Assembly (NCBI GenBank): GCA_002409965.1
Contig: DHON01000065.1
Coordinates: 12,319 to 67,084 of the forward strand
Length of the DNA stretch: 54,766 nucleotides
Source of the DNA: Firmicutes bacterium UBA5389
Lineage (GTDB): Bacteria; Bacillota; DTU025
Reading direction: 5' to 3'
Position 1 is the first letter of the stretch; each line of letters starts with the position of its first letter. A program made the position numbers and the translations under genes. The notes under the pieces are model-generated. The model ran no database searches. It worked only from the letters and a program-made list of their open reading frames with translations, and was not told the DNA's origin. Positions 7,998-17,812 of this stretch are shown here, piece by piece.

Positions 7998-8918
7998 ATG
8001 AGAAAACGAAGCACAGCCTCGATCATTGTCGTTCTAGTCATGTTGTTGTTTTCGCTGACCTCACACGTTCAAGCGGCTCTTCCACCTCCCGAACACACCG
8101 CTGTCGAGAACAATGTTGAGTTCCAGAACCAGGGCCAGACGATAAGGGGAACCCTGACGAAGCCGGATGCTGAAGGTCCTTTCCCGGTTGTGATCATCTT
8201 CCACGGGTTCAGCGGCCAGAGGCACGAGATGCCGGTCGTCGGCACAGAGGAAGCCCTTTTCCAGCGGACCGCTCGTGTGCTGGCCGAACAGGGTTACGCC
8301 AGCCTCCGCATTGACTTCCGCGGCTCAGGCGAGAGCGATGGGCAGTGGGCTGATACTACGTTCAGCGGCCAGATCGCCGATGCCTTAGCTGCCGTGGACT
8401 ACGTGTGCGCGCTGGACGGCATTGATCCCAATCGCGTGGCCGTTCTCGGCCTAAGTCAGGGGGGCCTGGTGGCTGCCTCCGCGGCCGGGAGAGATCCGCG
8501 CATCGCCTCGGCGGTTCTCTGGTCGGCTGTGGCCAATCCGCCTGCAACGTACTCGGATCTGTTGGGGGCGGACGCGGTAACGGCGGGGCTGACCGGCGGC
8601 GTTGATGACCTGGTTACTGCTTCGCTGCCATGGGGCGCTACGACAACTCTTAAGGGTTCGTTCTTCCGCGAGCTGTACATGGTCGACCCGGTGGCGGAAA
8701 TAGCTGCGTTCAAGAGCCCGCTCCTTGTCATCGTTGGCCTAACCGACCTCATCGTGTCGCCGCAACCCCAGTCCGGGGAGATCTACCTTGCCTATCACCC
8801 TGGCGATGAGGCGTTGGTGCAGCTCGACGCTGACCACATGTTTGATTGCCTTGCCAGGCCAGAGAAGGTCGACGAGGCGATCTGCGCCACCGTTGACTGG
8901 CTGGGCAAGACGCTCTGA
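7998..8918 (+). CDS. Alpha/beta-fold serine hydrolase, copy 2, with signal peptide
   Basis: MRKRSTASIIVVLVMLLFSLTSHVQA signal; IFHGF, GLSQGG, TDLIV, ADHMF. Confidence 0.92.
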   Translation: MRKRSTASIIVVLVMLLFSLTSHVQAALPPPEHTAVENNVEFQNQGQTIRGTLTKPDAEGPFPVVIIFHGFSGQRHEMPVVGTEEALFQRTARVLAEQGYASLRIDFRGSGESDGQWADTTFSGQIADALAAVDYVCALDGIDPNRVAVLGLSQGGLVAASAAGRDPRIASAVLWSAVANPPATYSDLLGADAVTAGLTGGVDDLVTASLPWGATTTLKGSFFRELYMVDPVAEIAAFKSPLLVIVGLTDLIVSPQPQSGEIYLAYHPGDEALVQLDADHMFDCLARPEKVDEAICATVDWLGKTL

Positions 8919-8957
8919 GTCTGACTTTTCGCTCATCGGGACTCATGTAGATACCTG

Positions 8958-8982
8958 GAGCCGAGGCTGAATGCCTCGGCTC
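8958..8982 (+). terminator. Hairpin after the hydrolase pair
   Basis: GAGCCGAGGC-tgaat-GCCTCGGCTC, perfect 10-bp stem. Confidence 0.6.
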
Positions 8983-9039
8983 GATCTCTGCACTGATTGC
9001 GTCAAGGTAATGGATCCCGGAAATTTCGTATCCATCGAA

Positions 9040-9106
9040 GAAGGATTTCCGCCCAACGAGTAGAAGACAGTGCGCACAGAATTAATACGTTCACTGAACG
9101 AATTAA
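9040..9106 (+). promoter_or_regulatory. SigH-like promoter followed by a ROK-type operator
   Basis: GAAGGA-N14-GTAGAA (9040-9065); 25-bp inverted repeat TTAATACGTTCA-c-TGAACGAATTAA (9082-9106) resembling XylR-type sites. Confidence 0.65.
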
Positions 9107-9232
9107 ATGTGTGACTCAGTAGAACCATGTTTAGCAGCGCAGATAACCCGAAAGCTCATGAATAGTGCAGTCACAAACCATAACGTCGAGTCTGGCTGAC
9201 GCTGAGACTGGCGAAGAGAGGTATGGTCTTCT

Positions 9233-10528
9233 TTGAGCAATAGAACCCTGAGAACCGGTGATAGGCAGCTGATCCGCGACATCAACATGTCTCTAGTCGT
9301 GAACGCGATAAGGCAGCATGGGCCGATATCCCGCGTAGATGTGGCGCGTGCAACCGGGCTTGGCAGGTCTACTGTGTCGGGAATCGTGGGCCTGCTGCTC
9401 AAGGAGGAGTTTGTGCGCGAGACGGGCAGCGGCCATTCTGACGCCAATTCACCCACCGTGGGCCGGCCCCCTGTGATGCTGGAGTTTATCCCCCATTCGA
9501 GGTTCGTGGTAGCGGTGAAACTTGGGCCCGAGGCAATAACGGCGGCGGTGACCGATCTTGACGCCAACGTGATTGGATCTGTGGAAAGGCCGATAAGCGC
9601 TCGGTTAAGCGAGGGGGCAGTGAGGCGACAGATATCGGAGGCTGTATACGCGGTCGTCTCCGACTGCCGAGTCAGTATGGATAGAGTCATCGGCGTAGGC
9701 GTGGCTGTGCCGGGCATCGTGGATTCGCGTACTGGCGTGTCAATCTCGCCCCAATTCTTCCTTTGGCAGAACCTCCCGCTACGGAATCTGCTGGAAGAGG
9801 AGTTTGGCGTGCCCGTGTTCATGGACAACGACGCGAATGCCGCGACTCTGGCAGAGAAACTGAAGGGGTACGGCAGGCAAGCTTCGGATTTCGTGTGTGT
9901 AACAATCGGCATCGGAATCGGAGCGGGCATCATCATCGACAACAAGCTATACCGTGGCGCCATTGCCGGAGCGGGCGAGATAGGGCACGTCACGATCCAG
10001 GAGGACGGCCCGGAGTGCACTTGCGGCAACCGTGGTTGCCTTGAGGCATTTGCCAGCGATGCCGCTGTTGTGCGTGAGATGAAACGGGTCATCGAGTCAG
10101 GCTGTGACAGCGCCGTGACTCGGATTGCCGCGGAGGAGAACCGAGAAATCGACAGGGCGATGATTGCGCGCGCGGCCAAGGAAGGTGATGACGCAGCCCT
10201 TTCAGTGGTGAGGCAGGCCGGCGAGCATATCGGAGTCGGCCTGGCAACACTGGTGAACATCCTCAATCCCGAGATGATCGTGGTCGCGGGCGAGGCTGCC
10301 ATGGACTTTGGCAGTCTTCTCTTGGAACCCATGCGTGATTCCATCGGTCGACGTTCCATGAGCGTTCTCGCTCAGAGGCTTGAGGTCGTGGAATCGCGCC
10401 TAGGCGCCAGGATATGGATTGTGGGTGCTGCCTCGCTGGTACTCGACGATTTCTTCGGCGCGCCGATATATGAGCGCCGTGAGCACGTAGCGGCGGTATC
10501 AATTCCAGACCTGATGCAGGGGTCATAG
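9233..10528 (+). CDS. ROK-family transcriptional repressor (XylR/NagC-like)
   Basis: N-terminal HTH GPISRVDVARATGL, GRPP, NDANAATLAE, GEIGH, CTCGNRGCLE. Confidence 0.95.
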   Translation: MSNRTLRTGDRQLIRDINMSLVVNAIRQHGPISRVDVARATGLGRSTVSGIVGLLLKEEFVRETGSGHSDANSPTVGRPPVMLEFIPHSRFVVAVKLGPEAITAAVTDLDANVIGSVERPISARLSEGAVRRQISEAVYAVVSDCRVSMDRVIGVGVAVPGIVDSRTGVSISPQFFLWQNLPLRNLLEEEFGVPVFMDNDANAATLAEKLKGYGRQASDFVCVTIGIGIGAGIIIDNKLYRGAIAGAGEIGHVTIQEDGPECTCGNRGCLEAFASDAAVVREMKRVIESGCDSAVTRIAAEENREIDRAMIARAAKEGDDAALSVVRQAGEHIGVGLATLVNILNPEMIVVAGEAAMDFGSLLLEPMRDSIGRRSMSVLAQRLEVVESRLGARIWIVGAASLVLDDFFGAPIYERREHVAAVSIPDLMQGS

Positions 10529-10610
10529 AGCGTGCCAGCTGGAGCGGGCGATGACGAGCGAAGCCCGGCAGGAGATGCGCTAACGACCATTCTAGAATGG
10601 GAGACTTGTG

Positions 10611-11777
10611 ATGCACGACACGCTAGTAGACGCAAGCATTTCGCTGATAAGGGAGAACCAGCATGTTTCTGGGGCGTACATAGCCTCGCCCAGTTTTTCG
10701 ACTTACGCGTATTGCTGGCTCCGTGACGGAACCTACATTGCTCATGCCATGGATCTGCACGGCGAGCATGAGAGCGCGAGGGCCTTCTTCCGTTGGGTGA
10801 ACGCGACGATTGCCAGCAATTGTGTCAACTATGGCGACTGCGTCGATGCGGTTGATACCATCGGGCGCGGACGGGCCGGGCAGTCGATGGAGCAAGCGCG
10901 GCAGTCGCTCAGGGCACGTTGGACTCTGGATGGCAAGCGCGATGATTCCGAATGGCCGAACTACCAGCCGGATGGGTATGGGGCATGGCTGTGGGGACTT
11001 GACGAACACATTGAGCGCACTGGCGATCTCGATTTGTGGGAGGAATCACGCGAACCTGTTGAGTACGTGGTGGAGTGCATGTCGCAGGTGTGGTCGATGC
11101 CCAGCAGCGACTGTTGGGAGGAGTACCCCGATAGGGTACACACATCTACACTGGCCTGTATGGCTGGCGGTCTCGAGAGAATCGGCCGACGGGCGCTTGA
11201 CGATCGGGCACTCTCACTCGCCAATGCAATCAAGGACTACATTCTTTGCCATGGCATGTTCGATGGGCGCCTTGCGAAATTCTGCAGCCACGAGCGCCGC
11301 GCAGATCAATGGCCCCCCAAGAGGCGTGCTCATGAGGGGCCGTCAATCGGCGACTCGGTGGATGCCAGCCTGCTTTGGGCCGCGGTGCCCTATGCAGTTC
11401 TCGACCTCGCCGATCCACGCATGGTGAGCACAGTCAGGGCAATCGAGCGGAGCCTGGTGGCTGAAGGCGGAGTGCGCCGCTACGCAGCCGACACCTACTA
11501 CGGCGGCGGGCAGTGGCTGCTTCTTGCAGCCTGGCTGGGCTGGTATCACTGCCGTATGGGAGATATGGAGAAAGCACTGGCGTGCCTTCGATGGGTTGAG
11601 AACCAGGCCGCCGAGGGCGGCTGCCTGCCAGAGCAGGTAAGCAGGGATCTTGTCGATCCCGTCTTGTATGAACCGTGGGTTGCGTGTTGGGGGCCGCCGG
11701 CGAATCCGCTTCTCTGGTCGCATGCGATGTATCTCATTCTTCGCAGGGCGTTCGATGATCGCGTACGGGAGGTGTAG
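10611..11777 (+). CDS. GH15 glycoside hydrolase (isomaltose glucohydrolase-like)
   Basis: YAYCWLRDG, DCWEE, VDASLL, GGVRRY, LPEQV, PLLWSHAMY. Confidence 0.88.
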   Translation: MHDTLVDASISLIRENQHVSGAYIASPSFSTYAYCWLRDGTYIAHAMDLHGEHESARAFFRWVNATIASNCVNYGDCVDAVDTIGRGRAGQSMEQARQSLRARWTLDGKRDDSEWPNYQPDGYGAWLWGLDEHIERTGDLDLWEESREPVEYVVECMSQVWSMPSSDCWEEYPDRVHTSTLACMAGGLERIGRRALDDRALSLANAIKDYILCHGMFDGRLAKFCSHERRADQWPPKRRAHEGPSIGDSVDASLLWAAVPYAVLDLADPRMVSTVRAIERSLVAEGGVRRYAADTYYGGGQWLLLAAWLGWYHCRMGDMEKALACLRWVENQAAEGGCLPEQVSRDLVDPVLYEPWVACWGPPANPLLWSHAMYLILRRAFDDRVREV

Positions 11778-11782
11778 GGCGC

Positions 11783-12667
11783 ATGTACATCGGCAAAGGG
11801 AGGAAGAGGAAGGTCACGATCACGGCATTCTTAGCTCCGACGGTGGCAGGGTTTCTCCTCTTTAGTCTGATCCCGATAGCTCGCTCGTTTTGCCTCAGTT
11901 TCACATCGTGGGATATTCTGCAGCCCGCAGAATGGGTGGGGCTGGAGAACTACAAGGCGCTGCTGGGAAGCGAAGAGTTTTGGCGAGTAATGAAGAACAC
12001 GGGGGAGTACATAGTCCTGTATATCCCTCTGATGCTCATATCGTCGCTGGCTCTGGCGGCGTTGCTGAACAGGAAATTCGCCGGCGTCGACGTGTACAAG
12101 GTGCTGTTCTTCCTTCCGGTCCTAACATCTTGGGTGGCTGGCTCGTTGATTTGGAGATGGATTCTGAACCACAAGTATGGCCTGGTGAACATCTTGCTCG
12201 GGCACATTGGCATCGCAGGGCCGGCGTGGCTTGACGACAAGTACTGGGCAATGCCGGGGGTTGTTCTCGCGAGCGCATGGAAGGACGCAGGGTTCTTCGC
12301 CCTGATATTCCTGGGAGCGCTCAAGGGCATTAACCAGGAGTACTACGAGGCTGCGGAGATTGACGGAGCAAGCGCCTGGAGAAAGTTCAGGCACATTACC
12401 CTTCCGCTCATATCGCCCACCACGTTCTTTGTAGCCGTTACGTCCGTCATCAACTCCTTCCAGGTGTTCGCTCAGGTGCAGATCATGACGTACGGAGGGC
12501 CCGCTGGGGCTACTCAGGTCATAATGGAGAGAATTTACAAGTACGCGTTCCAGTTCTTCAAGATGGGTTATGCATCGGCTCTCTCGTGGGTGCTGTTCGT
12601 CATAGTACTTGTGATCACCTTGATCCAGTGGCGTCTCCAGAAAAGGTGGGTGTTCTATGATAGCTAA
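11783..12667 (+). CDS. Carbohydrate ABC transporter permease 1
   Basis: Hydrophobic helices; EAA loop YEAAEIDGAS. Confidence 0.95.
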   Translation: MYIGKGRKRKVTITAFLAPTVAGFLLFSLIPIARSFCLSFTSWDILQPAEWVGLENYKALLGSEEFWRVMKNTGEYIVLYIPLMLISSLALAALLNRKFAGVDVYKVLFFLPVLTSWVAGSLIWRWILNHKYGLVNILLGHIGIAGPAWLDDKYWAMPGVVLASAWKDAGFFALIFLGALKGINQEYYEAAEIDGASAWRKFRHITLPLISPTTFFVAVTSVINSFQVFAQVQIMTYGGPAGATQVIMERIYKYAFQFFKMGYASALSWVLFVIVLVITLIQWRLQKRWVFYDS

Positions 12668-13499
12668 GCGAGCGGGCGTACTCCGTACAGCTCTGTTCTA
12701 CGTCACCATCAGTCTGGTCGCCCTGTTCATGATACTTCCGTTTCTGTGGATGATCAGCACGTCATTGAAGGAGAGCGAGGCAGTGATGGTGCTGCCCGTG
12801 AGGTGGATACCTGAGAAGATCAGCCTCAAGGCGTACCGGGACTTGTTCACCATATCGACGGTGGTGCCGTTTCATCGGGCCACGCTGAACTCGCTGGCGG
12901 TATCGGTTCTCACTACGTTCGTGAACTTAGCATCGGCGTCGATGGCTGCATTCGCCCTGGCGAAGTTCGATTTCAAGGCACGAGACAAGGTTCTGTTCGC
13001 CTTCCTGGCTACGATGATGGTTCCGGGAGCGGTCACCATGATCCCGAACTACCTGGTGCTGCGCACTCTGCGCCTGACCAACACCTTCATCGGCCTGGTG
13101 TTGCCCTCGATTTACAATGCGTGGGCGTTGTTCTTGCTGAGGCAGAACATAATGGCGCTCCCGGAACCGTACTTTGAAGCGGCGATAATCGATGGAGCGA
13201 CGCCCTTCGCCGTGTACCGACATGTGGTTCTGCCGATGGTGAAGCCGATTCTGGCATCCCTGGGAGTACTCACATTCATGGGAACCTGGAATGACTATCT
13301 CTGGCCCCTGATCATGATATCCGATCCTGAGAAGATGACCCTTACGCTTGCCCTGGGCAACCTGAACTCGAGGTGGGGGCAGAAGTGGGAGCTGTTGATG
13401 GCTGGGAATCTCATATCAATGCTTCCGATAGTCATCGCGTATGTCTTCGCCCAAAAGTACTTCGAAAGCGGGATTTCGGTTGGGGGACTCAAGTCCTAG
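12657..13499 (+). CDS. Carbohydrate ABC transporter permease 2
   Basis: EAAIIDGA, WNDYLWPLI, QKYFESG. Confidence 0.95.
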   Translation: MIAKRAGVLRTALFYVTISLVALFMILPFLWMISTSLKESEAVMVLPVRWIPEKISLKAYRDLFTISTVVPFHRATLNSLAVSVLTTFVNLASASMAAFALAKFDFKARDKVLFAFLATMMVPGAVTMIPNYLVLRTLRLTNTFIGLVLPSIYNAWALFLLRQNIMALPEPYFEAAIIDGATPFAVYRHVVLPMVKPILASLGVLTFMGTWNDYLWPLIMISDPEKMTLTLALGNLNSRWGQKWELLMAGNLISMLPIVIAYVFAQKYFESGISVGGLKS

Positions 13500-13641
13500 T
13501 AAGTCGCCTGGAGAGAAAGAGGGTGAGCGCAGGGGATAGGATGACGCGGCGATGTGCGTAGAGACTCTTGGAGTATTGTCGACCCGACCTTAATGGCGTT
13601 ACGGCGTTCCACTGTCTACTCACTATTTGGGAGGGATACGC

Positions 13642-14892
13642 GTGCGCAGGAAGAGACTTGCCCTGGCGGCAGTGTGTGTCGCCCTCGTTGTTCTGTGCTC
13701 AATGCCGGTTTTCAGCGCAAAGAAGGTAACGATAACTTACGGCAACTTCTCCGCGGGATCCGATAATGAGCCCACTCTCAATGCAATGAAGGCAGCGTTT
13801 GAGAAAGCCAACCCAGATATCGAGGTGAAGCTTCAGAGTACTGGGTTCGGTGAGTACTTCAGGCTTCTGCAGACGCAGGTTGCAGGAGGGACGGCCCCCG
13901 ACTGCTACGAACTGAACTATGAGAACTTTGTCGCCTTTGCGGCCAAGAATGCTCTGGCCGACCTCAGTCCTCTGGCCAAGGCTGCAGGACTCAGCTTCAG
14001 CGGGTACGACGCGAGCGCGCTTGACGCTTTCAAGTACAAGGGAAAGCAATTCGGAGTGCCGGGTAGTTACTCTGTAGTTCTGCTCTTCTACAACAAGGAT
14101 CTCTTCGACCAGGCGAAAGCGGCATATCCTGGCGACAAATGGACGTGGAAAGACGTAATCGAGGCTGGAAAGAAGATCCGGGCGCTTGGAGACGACACTT
14201 TCGGGATTATCCAGACCGTGCAGTTCTGGGAGTTCTACAAGACGATTGCTCAGAACGGCGGCAGCCTGTTCAATGCGGATCGCACCAAGTTCACCGTGAA
14301 CTCGCCTGAAAACGTGGAAGCATTGCAGTACATGGTAGACAAGATCATAAAGTACAACATCGAACCCACTCAGGCGCAGAAGTCCAACCAGGGTGAGTGG
14401 GACATGTTCGCTTCGGGAAAAGTCGGGATGCTCATAACCGGAAACTGGGCGTTCACATTCATGAAGGACAAGTGTAAGTTCAAATGGGATATTGCCGTGG
14501 AGCCCGGGAACAAGCAGAAAGCTTGCCACTTCTTCTCGAACGGGTACGCCATCAACAGGTCTAGCAAGAAGCAGCAGGAAGCCATGAGATGGATTGCGTG
14601 GCTGGCGTCCAGCACGGAGTCATCGATGCTGAGGTTGGATGCTGGATGGGAGACTCCGCCGGTATCTGACAAGAGTGTCATCGATGCATACATCGCGGAG
14701 CGACCCCCGGACAATCGCAAGGCAGTCTTTGACTCCCTCAAGTATCTGGTGACGCCGCCGGTAATCGAGCAGTTTAGCGAGATGGCCGAAGTAGTCGATC
14801 TCCAGCTGCAGAAGGCTCGGGATGGGGAGAAGACCCCGAAGCAGGCGCTGGACGATGCTCAGAGAGAGCTGGAGCAGAAGATTAGGCTATAA
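13642..14892 (+). CDS. Carbohydrate ABC substrate-binding protein
   Basis: GGAGG RBS before GTG 13642; signal peptide; FEKANPDIEV, AGGTAPD, LFYNKDLFD. Confidence 0.93.
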   Translation: MRRKRLALAAVCVALVVLCSMPVFSAKKVTITYGNFSAGSDNEPTLNAMKAAFEKANPDIEVKLQSTGFGEYFRLLQTQVAGGTAPDCYELNYENFVAFAAKNALADLSPLAKAAGLSFSGYDASALDAFKYKGKQFGVPGSYSVVLLFYNKDLFDQAKAAYPGDKWTWKDVIEAGKKIRALGDDTFGIIQTVQFWEFYKTIAQNGGSLFNADRTKFTVNSPENVEALQYMVDKIIKYNIEPTQAQKSNQGEWDMFASGKVGMLITGNWAFTFMKDKCKFKWDIAVEPGNKQKACHFFSNGYAINRSSKKQQEAMRWIAWLASSTESSMLRLDAGWETPPVSDKSVIDAYIAERPPDNRKAVFDSLKYLVTPPVIEQFSEMAEVVDLQLQKARDGEKTPKQALDDAQRELEQKIRL

Positions 14893-14937
14893 GCTACAGA
14901 CTTGGCTACCGGACTGGACATCATGGTACAGATGGAA

Positions 14938-14976
14938 GGCTCCGCCGGTCCACCCGGTAAGGCGGACGGTGGAGCC
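14938..14976 (+). terminator. Stem-loop after the substrate-binding gene
   Basis: GGCTCCGCCG...CGGTGGAGCC imperfect stem with inner GTCC/GGAC pairing. Confidence 0.45.
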
Positions 14977-15029
14977 TGCTCCAGGGAAATGCAGTTCCAG
15001 GAGTCAATACGGATCAAGAGGTGTACGGC

Positions 15030-17786
15030 ATGCCGCATCATACTCCACCCGCCATTAGGCACACTCCAGCTGGATACTATCCATTCGGCCGGTCGGGCAC
15101 AGATATGAGCCCGCGGAACCCCGCAGCGGGCGAGTTCGTAACCGTCAGGGCCGAGGTCGATGGAATAGCCGTGGGAGACGTATACGCCGAGGTTGACGTG
15201 AATGGCTCGCTGCGCAAGATCAGGGGCAGGAAGGTCGTCAACTACCATGTCGAGCGAGATGATCTGCTGCCGCATCAGGGAAGCATCCCTGAGCGAGCTG
15301 AATACTACCTATTTGAACTGGGGCGATTTGCTGCAGGCGATGCGGTCCGGTACTGGATACGTGCCCTCGGTCGCGGCGACTCCCACGGCATGGAAAGCGG
15401 GCCGCATGAATTCAGAGTGTCTGGAGAGCATGTGTGCGACAGCAGCGCCAAGCTGCGCCTTGCAGACGGCATCCTGGCGGCGCAGTTCGGCGCCATTGGG
15501 CAGTACGTGCCGCGTATCGAGTTCTTCTTCCGCAATGGGCACCTACATATGGCTCACTCTTTAGCGGCGGAACCCATGGACGTGGGCAACCCAGAGGCGC
15601 GCATGGGTATCGTGGACCCCGACACAGGCACCAAGCTGGAGGTCGAGGGAAGTCCGTTTGGATTCGCTTTGGTATCTGCCGATGGAAGGACACTGTTGTA
15701 CACGGTGCCCGAGAAACCGCATTTCCAGTTTCGTGCTGCCCCCCAGGGAAAGACACTCCAGTTCACGTTGCGCCTGGGTAACTCCGCCTCCCACTACTAC
15801 GGTTTCGGCGAGCGATTTGACTCCCTCGACCAAAACGGGCTCAACCCTGACGTGTGTGTCGTGAATCAGTATCTCAGGCAGGGCCGGAGAACGTACATCC
15901 CCATGCCGTTCTTCGTTACAGAGGCCGGCTACGGGATGCATGTCGCGACTGATAGGTATGTCCGGTTTGGCCTGGCTCCGAGATTGCCGGGGACGATGGT
16001 CATTGACGCCCAGATCAACCCGGCGCGACCCATTCTGGAGTCGACTGTGTTCCTGGGTGCGCCTGCTGACATCGTCAGCGCCTGTTCCAGGTCTACTGGC
16101 TCGACTGCGCTTCCGCCCAAGTGGGTCTTTGGCCCGTGGATGTCGGGAAACGCGTGGAATACTCAGCGAGAGGTAGAAAAGCAGTTGCAGCTGAATGATG
16201 AACTCGGCCTGCCTGCGACGGCTGCGGTTATCGAAGCTTGGTCAGATGAGGCGACATTCTATGCATGGAACGATGCCCAACACGCGTCCGAACCTGGCGA
16301 TCATGCATTCGGGCTTGATGAATTTTCGTTTCCGGCTGAGGGCAGGTGGCCCGACCCCAAAACCTTAGTTGACCGAGTGCATGATAGAGATATGAAGCTA
16401 GTATTGTGGCAGATACCAGTCATCAAGCAGCTGGCCGCGCATGAGCCTCGGTGCGAACAGCACGAGCGTGACGAAGAGCACGCCATCGCCCGAGGCTATG
16501 TGGTCCGAAACGCCGATGGCACACCATATCGAATACCCGATGGGTGGTTTGCTGGGAGCTTACTTCTGGACTTTACGAACCCGGAGGCGGCCGAGTGGTG
16601 GTTCGGCAAGCGCCGATACCTTATCGACCAGCTTGGAGTGGACGGCTTCAAGACAGACGGCGGGGAGTTCATATTCGACGACAGAGTCACATTCTGGGAC
16701 GGGCGCAACGGCGCCTCAATGCGCAACAGGTATGCAATGGCTTACATAGAGGCATACCGCGATTTCGCCGGGCCCGGCCGGATAACATTTAGCAGGGCGG
16801 GGTACGTTGGCGCCCAGTCATCGCCCTTGTTTTGGGCTGGAGATCAAGCATCATCGTTCAAGGAGCTTCGCGCGGTTTTGACTGCTGGACTCAGCATTGG
16901 CCTGTCGGGCGTGCCATTTTGGGGGTTTGACATGGCTGGGTTGTCTGGCGACATCCCCACAGCTGAGTTGTTCATCCGGGGACTGCAGATGGCTGCGTTC
17001 TCGCCGGTGATGCAGTATCACTGCGATGGACGCGGGACCTGGGATCGGACCCCCTCGAACATGGCCGCGAGAACCGGAGACGAGCGCGTAGTGCCGATAT
17101 ACAGGACCTACGCCAACCTCAGGATGAACCTGCTGCCCTACATATATAACGAGGCAGTGAATTCTGCCAAGTCGGCCGAGCCTCTCATGAGGGCGCTGAT
17201 GATCGATTTCGCCAACGACCCAGCAGCCTTCTCCATTGATGATGAGTACATGTTCGGACGCGACCTGCTCGTGGCTCCCATGCTATACGAGCATGTTTAC
17301 GAGAGACCGGTGCGTTTGCCCCCTGGACGATGGTTGGATTTTTGGACTCTGCAGGAGACTCAGGCCGGGCCATGCACGATGCTGAATCATCCCAGCGACA
17401 TCGAGAGAATTCCCGTGTTCATTAGGGCAGGCGCAATTCTCCCTATCAACCTTGGAGATGATATGCATCTTGGCAGCCCAACGGGGGTTCGCGGCACCGG
17501 ATATCGAAACCTTTCATTCCTCATCACCAGCACGCCACCTCAGGAATGGACATTTGCTGACGATGAAGGCGCAAGGATCCGGTTCGTTCCTTGCGATGAC
17601 GGATTGTGCGTTATCGCGGACGCTGCTGGTGCCGTGCGCCATGTGCACCTGCTCTTTCTGGGATCTGGACAACGCGAGCGCGCTGGCCACCAGCGCCGAG
17701 CTGTGTGGGCTGACGGAGGCAGGAAAGCGGACATGGTTCGGCTTGACATTGAGAGCCTGATACAAGGGGTCTCACTGCCGTTCTGA
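15030..17786 (+). CDS. GH31 glycoside hydrolase, 1,3-alpha-isomaltosidase (cycloalternan-degrading)-like
   Basis: YGFGERF, PPKWVFGPWMS, VIEAWSDE, LWQIP, nucleophile DGFKTDGGE, acid/base WAGDQ; no signal peptide. Confidence 0.88.
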   Translation: MPHHTPPAIRHTPAGYYPFGRSGTDMSPRNPAAGEFVTVRAEVDGIAVGDVYAEVDVNGSLRKIRGRKVVNYHVERDDLLPHQGSIPERAEYYLFELGRFAAGDAVRYWIRALGRGDSHGMESGPHEFRVSGEHVCDSSAKLRLADGILAAQFGAIGQYVPRIEFFFRNGHLHMAHSLAAEPMDVGNPEARMGIVDPDTGTKLEVEGSPFGFALVSADGRTLLYTVPEKPHFQFRAAPQGKTLQFTLRLGNSASHYYGFGERFDSLDQNGLNPDVCVVNQYLRQGRRTYIPMPFFVTEAGYGMHVATDRYVRFGLAPRLPGTMVIDAQINPARPILESTVFLGAPADIVSACSRSTGSTALPPKWVFGPWMSGNAWNTQREVEKQLQLNDELGLPATAAVIEAWSDEATFYAWNDAQHASEPGDHAFGLDEFSFPAEGRWPDPKTLVDRVHDRDMKLVLWQIPVIKQLAAHEPRCEQHERDEEHAIARGYVVRNADGTPYRIPDGWFAGSLLLDFTNPEAAEWWFGKRRYLIDQLGVDGFKTDGGEFIFDDRVTFWDGRNGASMRNRYAMAYIEAYRDFAGPGRITFSRAGYVGAQSSPLFWAGDQASSFKELRAVLTAGLSIGLSGVPFWGFDMAGLSGDIPTAELFIRGLQMAAFSPVMQYHCDGRGTWDRTPSNMAARTGDERVVPIYRTYANLRMNLLPYIYNEAVNSAKSAEPLMRALMIDFANDPAAFSIDDEYMFGRDLLVAPMLYEHVYERPVRLPPGRWLDFWTLQETQAGPCTMLNHPSDIERIPVFIRAGAILPINLGDDMHLGSPTGVRGTGYRNLSFLITSTPPQEWTFADDEGARIRFVPCDDGLCVIADAAGAVRHVHLLFLGSGQRERAGHQRRAVWADGGRKADMVRLDIESLIQGVSLPF

Positions 17787-17812
17787 CTGCCCTTACGTGT
17801 GAGCCTGATCCA

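Larger units (their letters stand above)
6733..8918 (+). repeat. Tandem duplication of promoter plus hydrolase gene (about 6733-7743 and 7901-8918)
   Basis: Upstream blocks GCAGGAGAATGATGGCAG and TCTGGAGGnTTGAACAATGAGAA are shared, and the two 306-aa proteins are colinear. Confidence 0.9.
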
